A stretch of DNA of 64,000 nucleotides from the human T2T-CHM13v2.0 reference genome, Homo sapiens. Position numbers and translations under genes: made by a program. The stretch lies in assembly GCF_009914755.1 (NCBI RefSeq), contig NC_060926.1. The stretch is one strand, 5' to 3'. Shown here in pieces: positions 28,900-42,184 of this stretch (position 1 is the stretch's first letter; the number at the start of each line of letters is the position of its first letter). Under the pieces are notes generated by a model. The model was not told the origin of the DNA. It made no database searches and worked only from the letters and a program-made list of their open reading frames with translations.

Positions 28900-29380
28900 C
28901 TCTCCCTGGCTTCTGTAATACCACCTCCTTCTGGTCTCCTCCAGTCCCCCAGCTGCCCTTTCTCTGTGTGCCCCAAACACTCCTCTACCTCTGTATGGCT
29001 GTCTCTTCAGTGTTAATGTTCCATCCCTCACCATTTCCCCTTCTCATTCTCTCCCTTGATGATTAATTCCAAATCCATAACTCAATCTCAGGTACTGCCC
29101 CAGAGCTGAAAATTCATTATCAACTACCTATATGGTATCTCTCAATGCAATGTCCAAAAAGACACCAAAAGGCACAGCATCTCCAAAACGGAATGTATCA
29201 CTTTTCCTCTCAGATACATTTCCCTTCCTTAGCTCCTTATGGCAGTAAATGATAGTGATGGCCCACTATCAAGACCTGTAGGTTATACCTCTGTAAGAGT
29301 TCTCGTATCATCCGTTTCTCTCAAACTTCACTGCTACTGACCAAGGTCAGGCCACCATCGTCTACCACAGATGAGAAGAA
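28900..29380 (+). mobile_element. L2 fragment
   Basis: Pyrimidine-rich L2 body (caactaccta...aatgtccaaaa...ggtcaggccaccatc). Confidence 0.55.
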
Positions 29381-29764
29381 ATGACTGAATAAGTAAAGAG
29401 TATTTCACATGCACTCACATATACACACGTATACATGGCTTTTGCTAAGGCTAAAGACATACAACAGCAGGAAAAAGGGCTGTAAAAGGTTGAGGGAGCT
29501 GCTATTCAGGGAATAGTCCTTGGCAGACGAATGTGCAGCCCTCAGGGAAAATTGTTGTACTTAATGAGACATGAAAAGATTAGGCAATATGAGGATACAC
29601 AGAAGGAACCTACAAATGAAGGCCAGAAATAAAAGAGCCACGAAGTGAAAGGGGCAGCTTCCTGTGGCCAAGCTGACGGCTGCTCTGAAGCAGTATCCCT
29701 GCTCATCCCGGGGCCTTCCTATGGCAGTGTCTTCACGTCAGAACTGGAGACTCCTTCGGGAATT

Positions 29765-29950
29765 GAAGACTGGTCAGCTGAGCCCAATTTGGAGTTAATC
29801 CACTTACCAGCAACGACATTCAGTAAGCCACTTCACCTCTCCAACATTCGGTTTCCTCTGCAGTAAAAAGGGGAAATAATGCTTCCCTCGCAGATTTAAC
29901 AAGCTGTGTGAAAACACTGTATGAACTCTGTGCTACTGCTATAAGCCATT
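29765..29950 (+). mobile_element. MIR
   Basis: ccacttaccagc...aagccacttcacctctc...ggtttcctctgcagtaaaaagggg. Confidence 0.65.
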
Positions 29951-30219
29951 ATTAGGCCTCATATTTTGAGGCACATAGAAATAGGGAGAAAAAGTCATAG
30001 TTCCAGTCATTAACAAGTTTCCGATCTTTGCAGAAAATGATGGTCAGTTTATGTAAACTACAGGGAAAAACAATGTAAGTAAGTGCTTAAAAAATACTAG
30101 TAGCGAAGGAAATCTTGAACTAATTCAGAGAAAGGTGTATTCCCCTCTCTTGGCTCTCACTCTGATCCATCCTTCACACTCCTGTCAAATTAATCTTCCT
30201 CCGAGGTAAAGGTCCAATC

Positions 30220-30350
30220 ACAGAATCATATAATTTTACAACTGAAAGAGGCCTTAGAGGTCACCTAATCCATTTCTCTGATTCTTTAGGTGAAGAAACT
30301 GAAGCCAAGGAGATTAAGTGGCTTGTCTAAGATAACACAGCTGGTTAATT
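30220..30350 (-). mobile_element. MIR3-like
   Basis: aaagaggccttagaggtcacctaatcc...gaagaaactgaagccaaggagattaagtggcttgtctaag. Confidence 0.7.
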
Positions 30351-30703
30351 CATGCCATTCTCCATAAATCATTATTGATCACCTACTATGTGTCAGGTTT
30401 GTGCCAGGAGCCATTAACGGAAGAAATGACAACAGAACCTGGGACTCAGGACCTCTAGACCACTGCTCTTTATTCTAGACTGATGGCTCTCAAACTGCAG
30501 GCAGGGTGAGGGGAGGTGCAATCTCTAAAAGGAAGACTTTTCCCCCAGTTATACCCCTGCACTCAGTTAAGAATTGCTGCATGCAGTGAGAGGCACTATA
30601 GATGGGAAAGTGTCTTCCATGATTGATATGATGGCAGAAATTAAAATTTATATAATCAGCTCTGTAGTCAATATGACACAATGTTACCATTTAACACATT
30701 CTA

Positions 30704-30838
30704 TGTCAGGCCCAGTGGCTCACGTCTGTAATCTCAGCACTTTGAGAAGCTGAGGAGGGAAGATCACTTGAACCCAGGAGTTTGAGACCAGCCTGGGACA
30801 CACCGTGAGATCTGGTCTCTACACACACACACACAAAA
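30704..30838 (+). mobile_element. FLAM / Alu left monomer with (CA)n tail
   Basis: Single Alu arm followed by acacacacacacac. Confidence 0.85.
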
Positions 30839-31429
30839 TTCTAGATGGTAGATACATGTGCATTTATTACTTTGCACATTCCTATATGTTGAAATGTTTT
30901 TTATAATTTTTGAAAGTATTATATACTAGAGGAAAAAAGAACCACTGAGTTTGTTGAGGTTGGAGGGTGGGTAAGGTAGGGGAAAGGAAACAGTTTGTGC
31001 CCTCTATCTGTGGCTCTAAAGGTTGAGAACCACTGCTGAACCTATCAGCACTGTGGCCCACAGCCTTGCCTGAAATCGAAGCTCTCCTGGATGTGTGTAT
31101 CTCCAGCCACCATGGGCCATATGCTCCAAGGCTGTGAGAATAGTAGCTGAACCACATACTTTCCCCTCCCCTCCAAACCCTTGCCCTTACATTTAACTTA
31201 CTGCAAAAGTGTCTTTTGGATCAGTGAGTCTTCTAAAAAGTGAAAATTCCTTTCAGCGTGCACCTCCACACGTGCAGAAATATGCCCCTGGCCTAGAAAA
31301 TGTAGTTAGTAGCATCTGGAATTCTAGTCTGCATCAAGCCATGCAGCATCACACAGCCCCAAACCAATGTCAGATAGATCAGAAAGTCACACTGTTCCCT
31401 TTAACAACAACAAAAGCAGAGACTAAGTG

Positions 31430-31522
31430 ATATACATACATGCATGTACACATACACATGTATGTACACACACGTACACGCACACGTGTGTGCATGAGCA
31501 CACACATACACAAATACGCACA
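31430..31522. repeat. Degenerate (CA/TA/CG)n alternating purine-pyrimidine tract
   Basis: atatacatacatgcatgtacacatacacatgtatgtacacacacgtacacgcacacgtgtgtgcatg. Confidence 0.8.
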
Positions 31523-32009
31523 AGGTTTTCTTCAAATAAGATATCTCAACATATTTTAAAGAATTTGGCCTCACACACTGGTTAACTGCAGGTTCTTCTG
31601 CAACTGGAACCTCAGGCTTGAGACTCTTGACAGTTCCCGCTGGCTACCTGACAGCCTGAAGGACCCTTTTAGGTTTGCGGCCTGCAGGGAGCAAACAGTC
31701 TGGCTGCATAGGATTTCACACAGCTGACACCGACACTAGCAGTGCACACATGTCAGCCTTTCATGGAGAGATCTCTAATACTCAGTCCAGGGCTGACACA
31801 TGAATAAATCGCATGCAGAAATATAAATAACAGACTTCTTCCCTAGCTACGAAAAAGAGTTTTCATCTAGAAGTAATCCAAACTAAGTTAAGGTGATTTT
31901 CTCTGACAGAAACCTCTGGAAAATCTCCATGCCTGCCAGGTGAAGGGCATGGCTGTTTCCTCTCCCTAACCTTACCCACTCTTCAACCTAAACAACCATG
32001 GTGGACTCT

Positions 32010-32160
32010 TTTTTTTTCTCTATTACATAATAGTTTCAAAAATTATAAAAAACATTTCAACATACAGGAATGTGCAAAGAGTAATACAATGAATACACAT
32101 GTGCCTACCATCCAGAATTTTAAAAATGGTAATATTTTGTCATATTTACTTCAGAGCTGA
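32010..32160 (-). mobile_element. Old L1 (L1MC/ME) 3' fragment
   Basis: catttcaacatacag...aatacaatgaatacacatgtgcctaccatccag. Confidence 0.55.
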
Positions 32161-33826
32161 ATACATAAAATTTTAAGAATGTTTCACCTACACAGCACAA
32201 AGTCACTTGTGTTACATCCCAGCTATAGTAAATCAGGAGAGAACAGGTCATTGTGTAAGGGTGCTGCTTCCTGTCAAGATTATGGAACTATAATGTCACA
32301 TGTAGCAAGCAGTCCTTTTCAGCATTTAGGATGTCTAGTGAATATATTTATTGAACTTATTTTCACCTATGGGGCAAAGGGGAAAAGGAGTAATCATATA
32401 AATACCAGACTCATGTTAATGGCAGGTAGGAGCAGAAACATGATAGTCTGGTCAAAGTTCACACTTTTTTGTAGCAGGAAAAAATGTTAATCATGCTCAC
32501 TATGTAAGGATCTCTGTAGATCACTGTTCTTTTCAATCAACTGATACAGGACCAGCCTTCATTAACATTATTTGTGCCTTTAAGTTTAGGGTGTGGTGGG
32601 TTTTACTGCAGAGAACTCACAGACTCATCATTGTCTCTGTGATGTATACCTCTCTCCCATGCATGAGGCTCCCAAACCAACACGCTAAGTCCTTTCTAAC
32701 AGGAATGTAAAGGCATCTATAAGACATGAACCTAATATGTGTCCATTTGGGACCCAGACATCATGTCTTAGTAGGTGTATTTATACAAACTGAACAGTAT
32801 ATGGCGAGGTGGGTGGAGCTGCACACATTGGTACATTCTGAGATAAATGCATTTTTAAGACAATAGAAGTTTATATCTTTAAGGCACAAACTGTTACAAA
32901 CTCTAACTATTAAGGACAATTATGGTTTTTGCCAACTAGTTATTTGGTTTAATTCTTGCAAGAAGGATGTTAAATAGTTTCAAAATTAAACTAAATATAT
33001 AACTGAACATTTTGTTGTTAAAAATAACAGACATTAATTAAAAGGAATGCAGAAAGAGACATTAGTACATACTTGAGATGTCAGTTACTCCAACTGAGCA
33101 CCGGATTTAGCTTTACTTGCCTGAAACTAAGGCAGAAAAGGGAAACTGTTGCATAGTATAGTTCTAACTTCATCAAAAGAGAAACATGCAAGGCAGATTT
33201 TGTTTATCTTGGCATTAATTTCAGGGAAAATTTTATTATGGAAGACCCTTTATAAGGGACACTGAGTAATGTCTTCAACTTATGTTACAAAAGACAGAAG
33301 CCTTTTTCATATAAATGTCTTCAACCATATGGTGCAAACGATGAAAGTTTTTTTCTCCCAGGTGCTGAAGACACAATATTAAATCTTGCCTGAGTGATGG
33401 CATTTCTGCTGGGAGCTGAAATAATACATCAGAAGCACATTGTTTACTGATGATTTACCTCAACAGAGGGAGCTCAAAGAACCTGGAGAAATGGATGGCC
33501 TATACACACTTCTTCCTGAGGCCCCAAAAGTGTCTTGTCAAGTGCTACAAACGGCGATTTCATGACTGCTTTCTCCGACGGGTATTTGAAGGGGTCTGAA
33601 AGTCTATGTACTGATTAGACATAGATCTTTCCCCTTAGCTAAACCATCTGTAGGAAGCAGAAGTAACATTCTGCCATGAACATGCAGGAGACTGGCTTAT
33701 GTCCTCTCTTGGAAAGCTGGTGGCTAACACCTAAGAGAGTGGGTTGCTGGATGTGGCAACTTCCAAAGGAAGTTCTGTGTCTGGCCAACACCTTGGACAT
33801 GTACTCAGCTAAATCTCCCAATTTTG

Positions 33827-34121
33827 GGCCGGGTGCGGTGGCTCATGCCTGTAATCCAAGCACTTTGGGAGGCCGAGGTGGGCGGATCACGAGGTCAGGA
33901 GATAGAGACCATCCTGGCTAACACGGTGAAACCCCGTCTCTACTAAAAAATACAAAAAATTAGCCAGGTGTGGTGGCGGGCGCCGGTAGTCCAGCTACTC
34001 GGAAGGCTGAGGCAGGAGAATGGCATGAATCTGGGAGGCGGAGCTTTCAGTGAGCCGAAATCCAGCCACTGCACTCTAGCCTGTGTGACAGAGCGAGACT
34101 CTGTCTCAAAATAATAATAAT
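33827..34121 (+). mobile_element. AluY with (AAT)n tail
   Basis: gaccatcctggctaacacggtgaaaccccgtc. Perfect 15-bp TSD aatctcccaattttg at 33812-33826 and 34122-34136. Confidence 0.97.
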
Positions 34122-35340
34122 AATCTCCCAATTTTGTTGCTTCAGAATAGGGAAGAAGTAATTTTTTTTGCTTAAAAGTTTTAAAGATGTGTGTGACTAA
34201 TCAAGTGAGTTAGCCATAGAGAACCAGCATAAATCACAAAAAATATAAAGTGAGCAGACAATACATTCTTTAAACTTTAGCCAAGAAATCACAGAAATAG
34301 AAACATACTTTAATTTTCCTATTCCTGTAATTTTACTATTAATGTATATGTGTAATCGAATCCAGGGGAAATTATATTAAAGATTAGCAAATTTAAAAGG
34401 AAAATGATCACTCATCAAAGGAAAAAACTGTGAAGAACTAATTAATAAGAAGTGTTAACGCCAGTGTCCTCCAGGGTAGAAATGTAAGCAGAATCCCCCT
34501 GACTTTTCCACAGGTGGTACTGCAAGATAATTAAATTTGATGATGAATGAGATGGAGCAAGTATTTCCCCTTTTGATCCACTTCAGGTAAAAGGCCTGTA
34601 AGTAACTGCATTTACAGTCTAGGATGAATGACCCTTGGGCAGAGCCACTATAAATCCTCAAGTTCAACTTTTCTGAAATTACTTCAGCAAATGATTATTT
34701 ATAAAATACATAGTTGCACAGAAAGTAACATTGTTCCTAGGCATTTGCTAGGTTGTTAATGTATATCAGAAGGAAACATCCATGCACGAGAATACATCAG
34801 GGCACACTTGCCAGGAGACCGGATGAGGACAGGACTTTTCATGCAGAATGTCTAAACAAACCAAAAATCCAAAGATTCTCTCAAGGCAAAAAGAAAGAAA
34901 AAATGCATCTGCTTGTTTTTGGAGGTTGGGGTTACATGGTTCTCCAATGACTAACACTCACAGGACTGAAACTCCTCTGGCCTGCCCTGGAGAAGAGCGG
35001 AGTGGGTGCCTGAAAGCTGAGAGCAGAGCTTGGAAAGCCCCTTTTAGGGTGACATCTCCCAGAAGGGCAAGGGTACCAGAAGGGGTATGATTTGCATGAC
35101 AGTATTTAAAGAGACGACAAATACCTGACACTGTTTCCAGGTCAGTTTTTTACAAAATCTATTTTCTTTTTAAATCTGAAGATTCCCTCAAGTGAGAGAA
35201 GGGAAATCTGAAGCTCAGCCTTATCTGCTTCCCAGGGATGCCCCTTCTTAAGCCCCACTGCTGTTCTGCCCACACAACTCTTATTAACACAGAGTGGCCC
35301 TGAGAAGTGGCCACCACATGAAGCCTTTTCCCTTCTCATT

Positions 35341-35723
35341 TCTTATGGGCTGAACACACAGTTCAGATTCATGTTGAAAGCCTAACAGCCAGTACCTCAG
35401 AATGTGACCGTATTTGGGGACAGGGTCTTCAAAGAGGTAATTAAAGTTAAGTGAGATCATTAGGGTGGGCCCTAATCCAACAGGACAGGTGTCGTTATAA
35501 GAAGAGATTAGGACACAGACATGTGCCCGCACAGAGGAAAGATCACATAAGAACAGCAAGAAGGTCTTCTACAAGCCATAGAGAGAGACTTCAGGAGAAG
35601 CTAAACCTTTGGGCAGCTTCATCGTAGACTTCTAGGCGCCAGAACAATGAGAAAATAAACTCCTATTGTTTAAGCGACCCAGTTTGTGGTTCTTTGTTAA
35701 GGCAGCCCTAGCAAACTAATATA
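35341..35723 (+). mobile_element. MLT1B-like MaLR solo LTR
   Basis: cagtacctcagaatgtgaccgtatttgg...tagggtgggccctaatccaa...gcagccctagcaaactaata. Confidence 0.9.
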
Positions 35724-37639
35724 CTATCTGATTCTGACAAATATTTAAAAGTCAACATTTGTCCCTTTGGTAAAAACTAAATTTGTTCTCGGCCTCTGGA
35801 ACACTAACTTATACCACTCATTATTACAATGGTTTGGGAAGAAATCATCCCTTCAACGGTTCCAAATAAAGTAAATAAAATGAAATCAATCACTTGGCAT
35901 AGATACCAGCCACCCTAATTGGAAATTTCCAAGCACCTGAAGTTTGCCAAAAGTAGAAAAACCCTTGTGCTTATTCATGAAATATAGTCTTCAATGGTGC
36001 AATGTCAACTCCACCATGAAGGATATATCCAAGGACAAGACTTAAAAGCAGACTGGTATAATATGTAATCGTATTTCAAACGCTCAAAACATTTTCCTCA
36101 GTGTTTAAACACATGCCGTGTGATTATCAAATAATAAAGCTGATTTTTGTGTATGAGTCATGGAATCTGTATGATTAGAGCCATAACTCACATTTGGATG
36201 ATTTGAAAAACTTGTTCTTTGAGAATGTTGAATAAGCAAAACCCAGGGGTGTAACTGTACCACCAAGTTAAGGACTTAACAAGACTGTGGGGGTAATGTG
36301 TTTTCCATACCTAAGAATAACTAATGAAAAAGATACACCCAACAATTTCCTTCATAATGGTTTCTTCAATGACTGTCCTTTACCTAAACCGTTGACTTCT
36401 GACAAGTTTTTAAGACTAGCTTATCTTTCCTGACCTCTTGAGAAAAAATTTAATAAAGGATGTCAGGCTGGACAAAGACAAGTTCTCACTCTTCAGAAGT
36501 GTATATACAGTGCATCCTGCAAACAACCTGCTATTTGCCTCTTCACAGTAAAGTGACAGACGTGCTTTTCAGAAAGGAGGTACAAAAAAACAAAGCAAAA
36601 CAAAAACCTAAAAAACAGTGCCCCTGCAACTGGAGAGAGGAAAGAAGCTCTGAAGGAAAAGATAAGAGGGCCCTTTCCCCGATGGGTAACATATAGGAGA
36701 GCTTTCCTCTATGTCTGAGGCAAAATAAAATAACCATTGATTCTCTGTCAACTTTAATTTAAGAAAATTACTTGGTTTAAGAAGAAGTCGAGTTGCTGAA
36801 TGTTCATTTGAAAAATAAAAGGATGGTAAAGGTTAACAGTTATAAGCCTTTTTGGCAAATACACAGAATTCAAGAGATGGGTCAGAGGAGCTAAGATGTT
36901 GGGTAGTCTCTCTCCCCTAAAGAACCTGGCACAGGTCTGCCAACATAAGTACATTCCCAATAAATATTCATGAAGTTGAACTGAATCAAGGGATACAATA
37001 GTCGTCCTTACCTGATGCATGGCAGTATATTAAATGTAAGTATACTTGACAACATTTCTAGGTACGGAAGTCAGCAACCTTAACCCTTAATAAACACTCA
37101 AGTAACACCAGCAAAAAGAAAAAAAAAAAAGAGTTTCTGGGCTGAGAGCATTTGAGGTGCTTTGCAGGTCAGAGCTATGCTCAATAGAGGAAATATCGCA
37201 TTAGGACAAAATCTAAGAAAGGTAAAGGGCTCTGTTCCATTGAAGAGACTTCCGGCTACGAAACTATTCCTCCTGAGCAGTGAGCCAACAGTCAACATTT
37301 GGGATGGTGGGTTCAGCTCAGACAAGACTCAATATATAGAAGCTGTGGCCTACTCTGGCCTTGGTATATGTAGCAGAGCTCTGGATGGCTACAAAAGCTT
37401 TACATTTATGGCTCTAAAACGCTGTTCCTGAGCCACCTGTGCACTGAGTTTCAGGCTGTTCTGAAGTGTACAATACACTTATTTTATTTGAACAGAGACG
37501 GCAGGGGAGCATAACTCCTTGTAACAGCCTCTTTTCTGACTCCTTTCCTATCCTTTCATCAAGAGGAGTCAAAGGAGAGCACAAAGTACTTGGTTGCTTA
37601 GGCCGACTCAGCCTGTCCTACCTTGGTTTCTGGAGATAA

Positions 37640-37820
37640 CATTCTGGAGTTTAAATACGGATTGTAACACTGACGAGCTATGAGACCTTGGGGCAATTTA
37701 CTTAACTTTCCAAGTCTTTCTCTCTTCATCTATAAAATAAGGTAGTGACACGAACTACTTCATGGCATAACTATGAGGAGAAGGCATGGACAGTGCCTTC
37801 TGCAAGCACTCAGTATTAGT
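37640..37820 (+). mobile_element. MIR
   Basis: gctatgagaccttggggcaatttacttaact...ttcatctataaaataagg. Confidence 0.7.
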
Positions 37821-40800
37821 GAAAAAACATCAACAGCAATATGTATAATCTTTAGGTGTTGTGTTTTACAAGTCCAATCTTAGTCCCTGCCCTGAGATCT
37901 TTTCTGTCTCATCCCTTCACCTATCCTAAACAAGAGTGTAGGTATCAAATCCTCCACTGAGTCCTACAGCAGCTGCTAACAATGAACCCAACATACATAA
38001 CAAGATTTGGGGGAGGCAGGCCCCTGCATGTCCTCAAGCGGCCCAGCATTGCTTGAGTAAACAGGCCCTGACCATGTGGAGGTGGAGACTGACACTCTGG
38101 CTTGGGGTTTGAAACAAAGAGACTGGGATTGACTTACCTTGATAATTGTCAGGGAGTGAAACAAGCCCATGAGAATCTGAGAAGTTTTCTGATAATCCAG
38201 CTAATAATTGTTGCCCTTATAAATAAATTTAAAGTAATGGCTTTGTTTGGTGAAATCAAAGAGCCAAGTTCATGTGAAGTTAGAAGATATAGAAGACTGA
38301 AACATGCTTAAAGTGTGTGATCCTGTCAAATCAGAGGAAGTCTCTGACGAAAAAAGGGATGGAAGAAAAGCACCCATTTTGCCAGTGGCTGGCCACCATT
38401 GCTGGTAACTCTCTTCCTCTGCACCAGAAGACAGAGCACACATGGCACTGATGTTACACACTCTCCAGCATTCAGGAACTCACTGGACTAAGGGATACCT
38501 GAAGGACCAGTGCTCCAAACACAGGGTGCTATTTAATTGTGGCTCTCATCATTGCTGTTATTATGGATCGGTCACGCAGAAACGCTCCTGGCAACCAGTG
38601 ACAGCACAGAGCATTATGAAGATGGCCCTGCCATGTTTTGTATTCTGAACATTAAAAACCAGTTTGGCTCAACAAACGAGCAGCGGGTGCCATGCTAATT
38701 ATATAACTTCTTAGAGCACTAATAGGATTTCCCACTGAGCCAACTGGGAGAAAAAAACCATAATACTCATTTTTATCTGCATCTCAGCAATAGTGACCTC
38801 CTTCAGCCTGTTGATGTGGTCATTAATAAAACATTTAAAAATGACCTGAACAGAGAAGTGAAAAGGCTTTTTACAAAAATAGAGCTTGTATCTGACTGCC
38901 AAACCGCCATGTATTTGAAAGACTTGGAACCAATATCAAAGTTGGTCGTTAATGATTTGAGGTTGGCCTGGGAACCTCCTGTATCCAGAAGGGTTGTTCA
39001 TGCTTTTGACTGGTTATGAATGAAAAAAGATTTCTGCCTTTGAGGGGTTTTAAAAGATGGAAATAAGGATGTTTGTGATGGTGCTCTTGCTTTGCTTGGG
39101 ACATAAAAGATGATTCAATTTCACTTCAGCACCTGACACGTCATCACCAACATGCTTGCTTACAAGTTCCTTTCAATTTTAGAATAATAATTAAAAACAA
39201 ATATATAGCTACTACTTCAATTCTAAAATATCCCAAAGGGTAGTTATTAAAAGCAAATCAAAGAATTTTATCTTATTTTAGTTTTTCCTTCCCTTTCTCT
39301 AACAAAAATAACATAAGTAAAAATATATACAAACTGTACCTTTTTAAACTTCGGCAGAATGTCTAACAGGACATTTAATTAGGTAGACGTGATCAAGTCC
39401 ATCTAGGAAGTAAGACATGTTACACTGATGGGTGAGTTAAAAATGAAAGAAGAAAAACCGTTCGGCTCAGATACATACAGGGCAAATACTTAGCACAAGG
39501 CAATGTGTTAGGACTCCAAAAGAGAAACCACGTAGAAACAAAGTACCATACTGACTGTGCTCAGTAAGGTTATGATCAATCATGGCATTCAGAGCTGGAA
39601 GGAAACTTTGTGGGTGAGCAGGATAAGGTGAGCAAAAAGGTGTCTAATGTGCTGTCCTTAAGATAATTCTCATCTCAGCTGTTGAAATCATGAATGCCTC
39701 TTTCTTTACCTACAAAATCCCTACGCCATCACACCCTGCCACTCTCCTTCTTCAGCACCCTCTCCTCGAACATAATACATTGTAAGCACAAAGGAGACAC
39801 TTATACTATAAAGCAAGCAGTAAGAGAACCAAGACTTCCCAGCCTTCACATTTCCTAAAATTAACGGGTAAATAAATGTATAACACAGCGAATACGTGAG
39901 TCTGTCAAAGATGGAGGGGAGAGGAATGACTGAGGAATTTCAATGTTACTTTGCAGATTTCTTACATTAAGTCAGACATGGCCAGATTTACCAAAGAAAA
40001 ATGCATAACTCAATATATTTTTCTCTGGGATTAGCCCAAATCAGCGTGGGCGCCAATACCAAAACCACAGTACTGTGAGTCCATACAGGGAAAAAAAAAA
40101 AACTTGCTGGCCATGGTTGAAAGATGAGAAAGCTGGTGAAGAAGGCTAAGGCAGTGGGCTCCTGACCCCCAATCACTCTATTCATTTTTAACCTTTGGGA
40201 GGATATACTACAAGGACTCCATCAGAGTCAGAAACATGTCATGATGTGCCTTTGGAGGAAAACAGGTGCCACATTACTGACTGCTGCCTGGCATCACATA
40301 AACCTAATTTACCTTCATTCTGGCTCTAGGGATGAGAAAAGGATAGCAGTTCAACCGCTCTTGTAAGCTCTCTCTAGAAATGAGCTTACTGTTTTTGGGT
40401 AAGATTAAAAATGTTTATCCATATAATTAGACAATAGGTTCAGGAGTAGAGATTTTAAAGGTCGAAGGCAACACAGAGCTTCAGACTTGTCTAGATATCT
40501 CTGGCTGGATGAGGTTCAGAGGAGCAGCACCCATTGCATGCTCAGAAGTCAAGGGCTTCACTCAGATACCTGCTTCTGCTTTCTAAAAGCCAGTAAGGAA
40601 ACGTAGCAACAGGATTCCTAGAGCTTAATGATAGAGCAAGGGTGAGGGTAGGCGCATGCTCCAAGTCTTTCCAGAGAGAGGTTGAGAAAGGAGAAGAGAC
40701 AGAGAGACTTGTAGGAAGAGGCTGCTCCTCAGCATTTCATTATAAAGGGATAATTTGAGAGTTACTCGAAAAAGGAAATAATCACCACTGGACTTCAGCA

Positions 40801-41069
40801 GGTAATCACTAAGAACAAATACGTTCAGAATAACCTAATTTCTTTCTTTGCTATTATAATAAACATTTTCATTTCAAGGGAAAGCCTTAGGCTTGCTTTG
40901 TTACGACTAATGAACATTTTGGGACATGGTGTGAATTCTTTTAGAGTAAAAATAGAAAAATCAATGTCTTTTTATATAAGAGTGAGTTATTTTATTGGGC
41001 GTGGAAACCCTGTAACTACCAAAAGGTCTTTCTGTGCCCTCCCTCACTTTGTCCACCTGGGTATTTTGA

Positions 41070-41750
41070 GATTTGGCTCTGCAAAGATGCAAAATACAAA
41101 ATTCAATCACTACTTTCTAATCTACCAATTTAAATTAGCAAAGATTACAAAATGATAAGAGGAAACCAAATGATAGCAATAATTCAGTCTATTAGAGCTT
41201 TCTTCACTGCCATCAAGAGTATAAATTGATACTAGCTTTTGAGAGAGTTGTTTGGCAATGTTTCCAAATTTTTAAGAGGGTTATACCTACCCATTGACCT
41301 AACAATTCAACATCAATGATCTATGATGTGAAATAATTAGAAATCTGACAGTTATCTGTATAAGACCAGTTTTTAGGTCATTGTTTATGGTGGCGAAAAT
41401 CTGGAACCAAATTTAGTCTCCAGTGATAGGAAGACACTTAAATAAACTACAGTAAAATAACCACAAGATGCAATCCTAAGTGTAAAAATTACCACAAGAT
41501 ACAATCATCCTAAGAAAAATAACCATAAGATGCAATCTTAAGTGTAAACAGCATGGCACAAAACTGCACATATAGTATAATGGGAACAATAAAAAATATA
41601 TGCAAAGTAAAAGAAATGGAAGGAAATATGCCAAAATGTTAATTATGCTCATTCCTGAGTGATGGTCCGATGGGTAATCATTTTCTTCTTTATAACTTTC
41701 TGCATTTTCAAATTTCCTCTGATGAACATATATTACTTTCATAATGAGGG
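41070..41750 (+). mobile_element. L1ME-type fragment
   Basis: ccaatttaaattagcaaagatta...tttggcaat...ccattgacctaacaattc...ggaaggaaatatgccaaaatgtt. Confidence 0.7.
41454..41548. repeat. Minisatellite, 3 x about 31 bp
   Basis: Unit aaaataaccacaagatgcaatcctaagtgt, three imperfect copies. Confidence 0.9.
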
Positions 41751-42184
41751 GGAAAGAGTTCCTTTAATAAGATCCACTAATATTTGAAACAGAAGCTGTG
41801 CTGTAATGACTCACCATCATTTGAGCAAAAGACTTAAAAGAAAAGGCAGAGAATTGAACTAAAACTTAAACTATGTAAATGTGTTTTGTCAGTGATTCAG
41901 ACAAACAAACACACAGAGTGAAATAGGTGTGGTTTAGTTGAAAATCTGAAACATTTGGAGAAATGTTACCTATAGTTAGATAGACTAGGATACAAAGCCG
42001 AGTCTACGGTATAATTAAAAACACACATGTAAACTTGGAGAAAGTGCTTGGAAGAAAGAACAAAATGTTAATACATGTATTGCTTAGGTAGGAGACTACC
42101 TCTGAGTTTATTTTTTGCATCCCCCCAAGCCCACGAAAAAGTGTTTCTTTTATTATGACAATAAAACTTATTACAAATGTTCAG

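Noticed and set aside
37005-37040. Possible recursive splice site CAG|GTAAGG (also CAG|GTAATA near 5575)
   Set aside because: Upstream pyrimidine tracts are weak or interrupted; not distinguishable from chance without saw-tooth RNA-seq.
38138-38176. 39-nt cryptic exon with perfect AAG|GTAAGT donor
   Set aside because: The acceptor has almost no pyrimidine tract (AGAAAACTTCTCAG).
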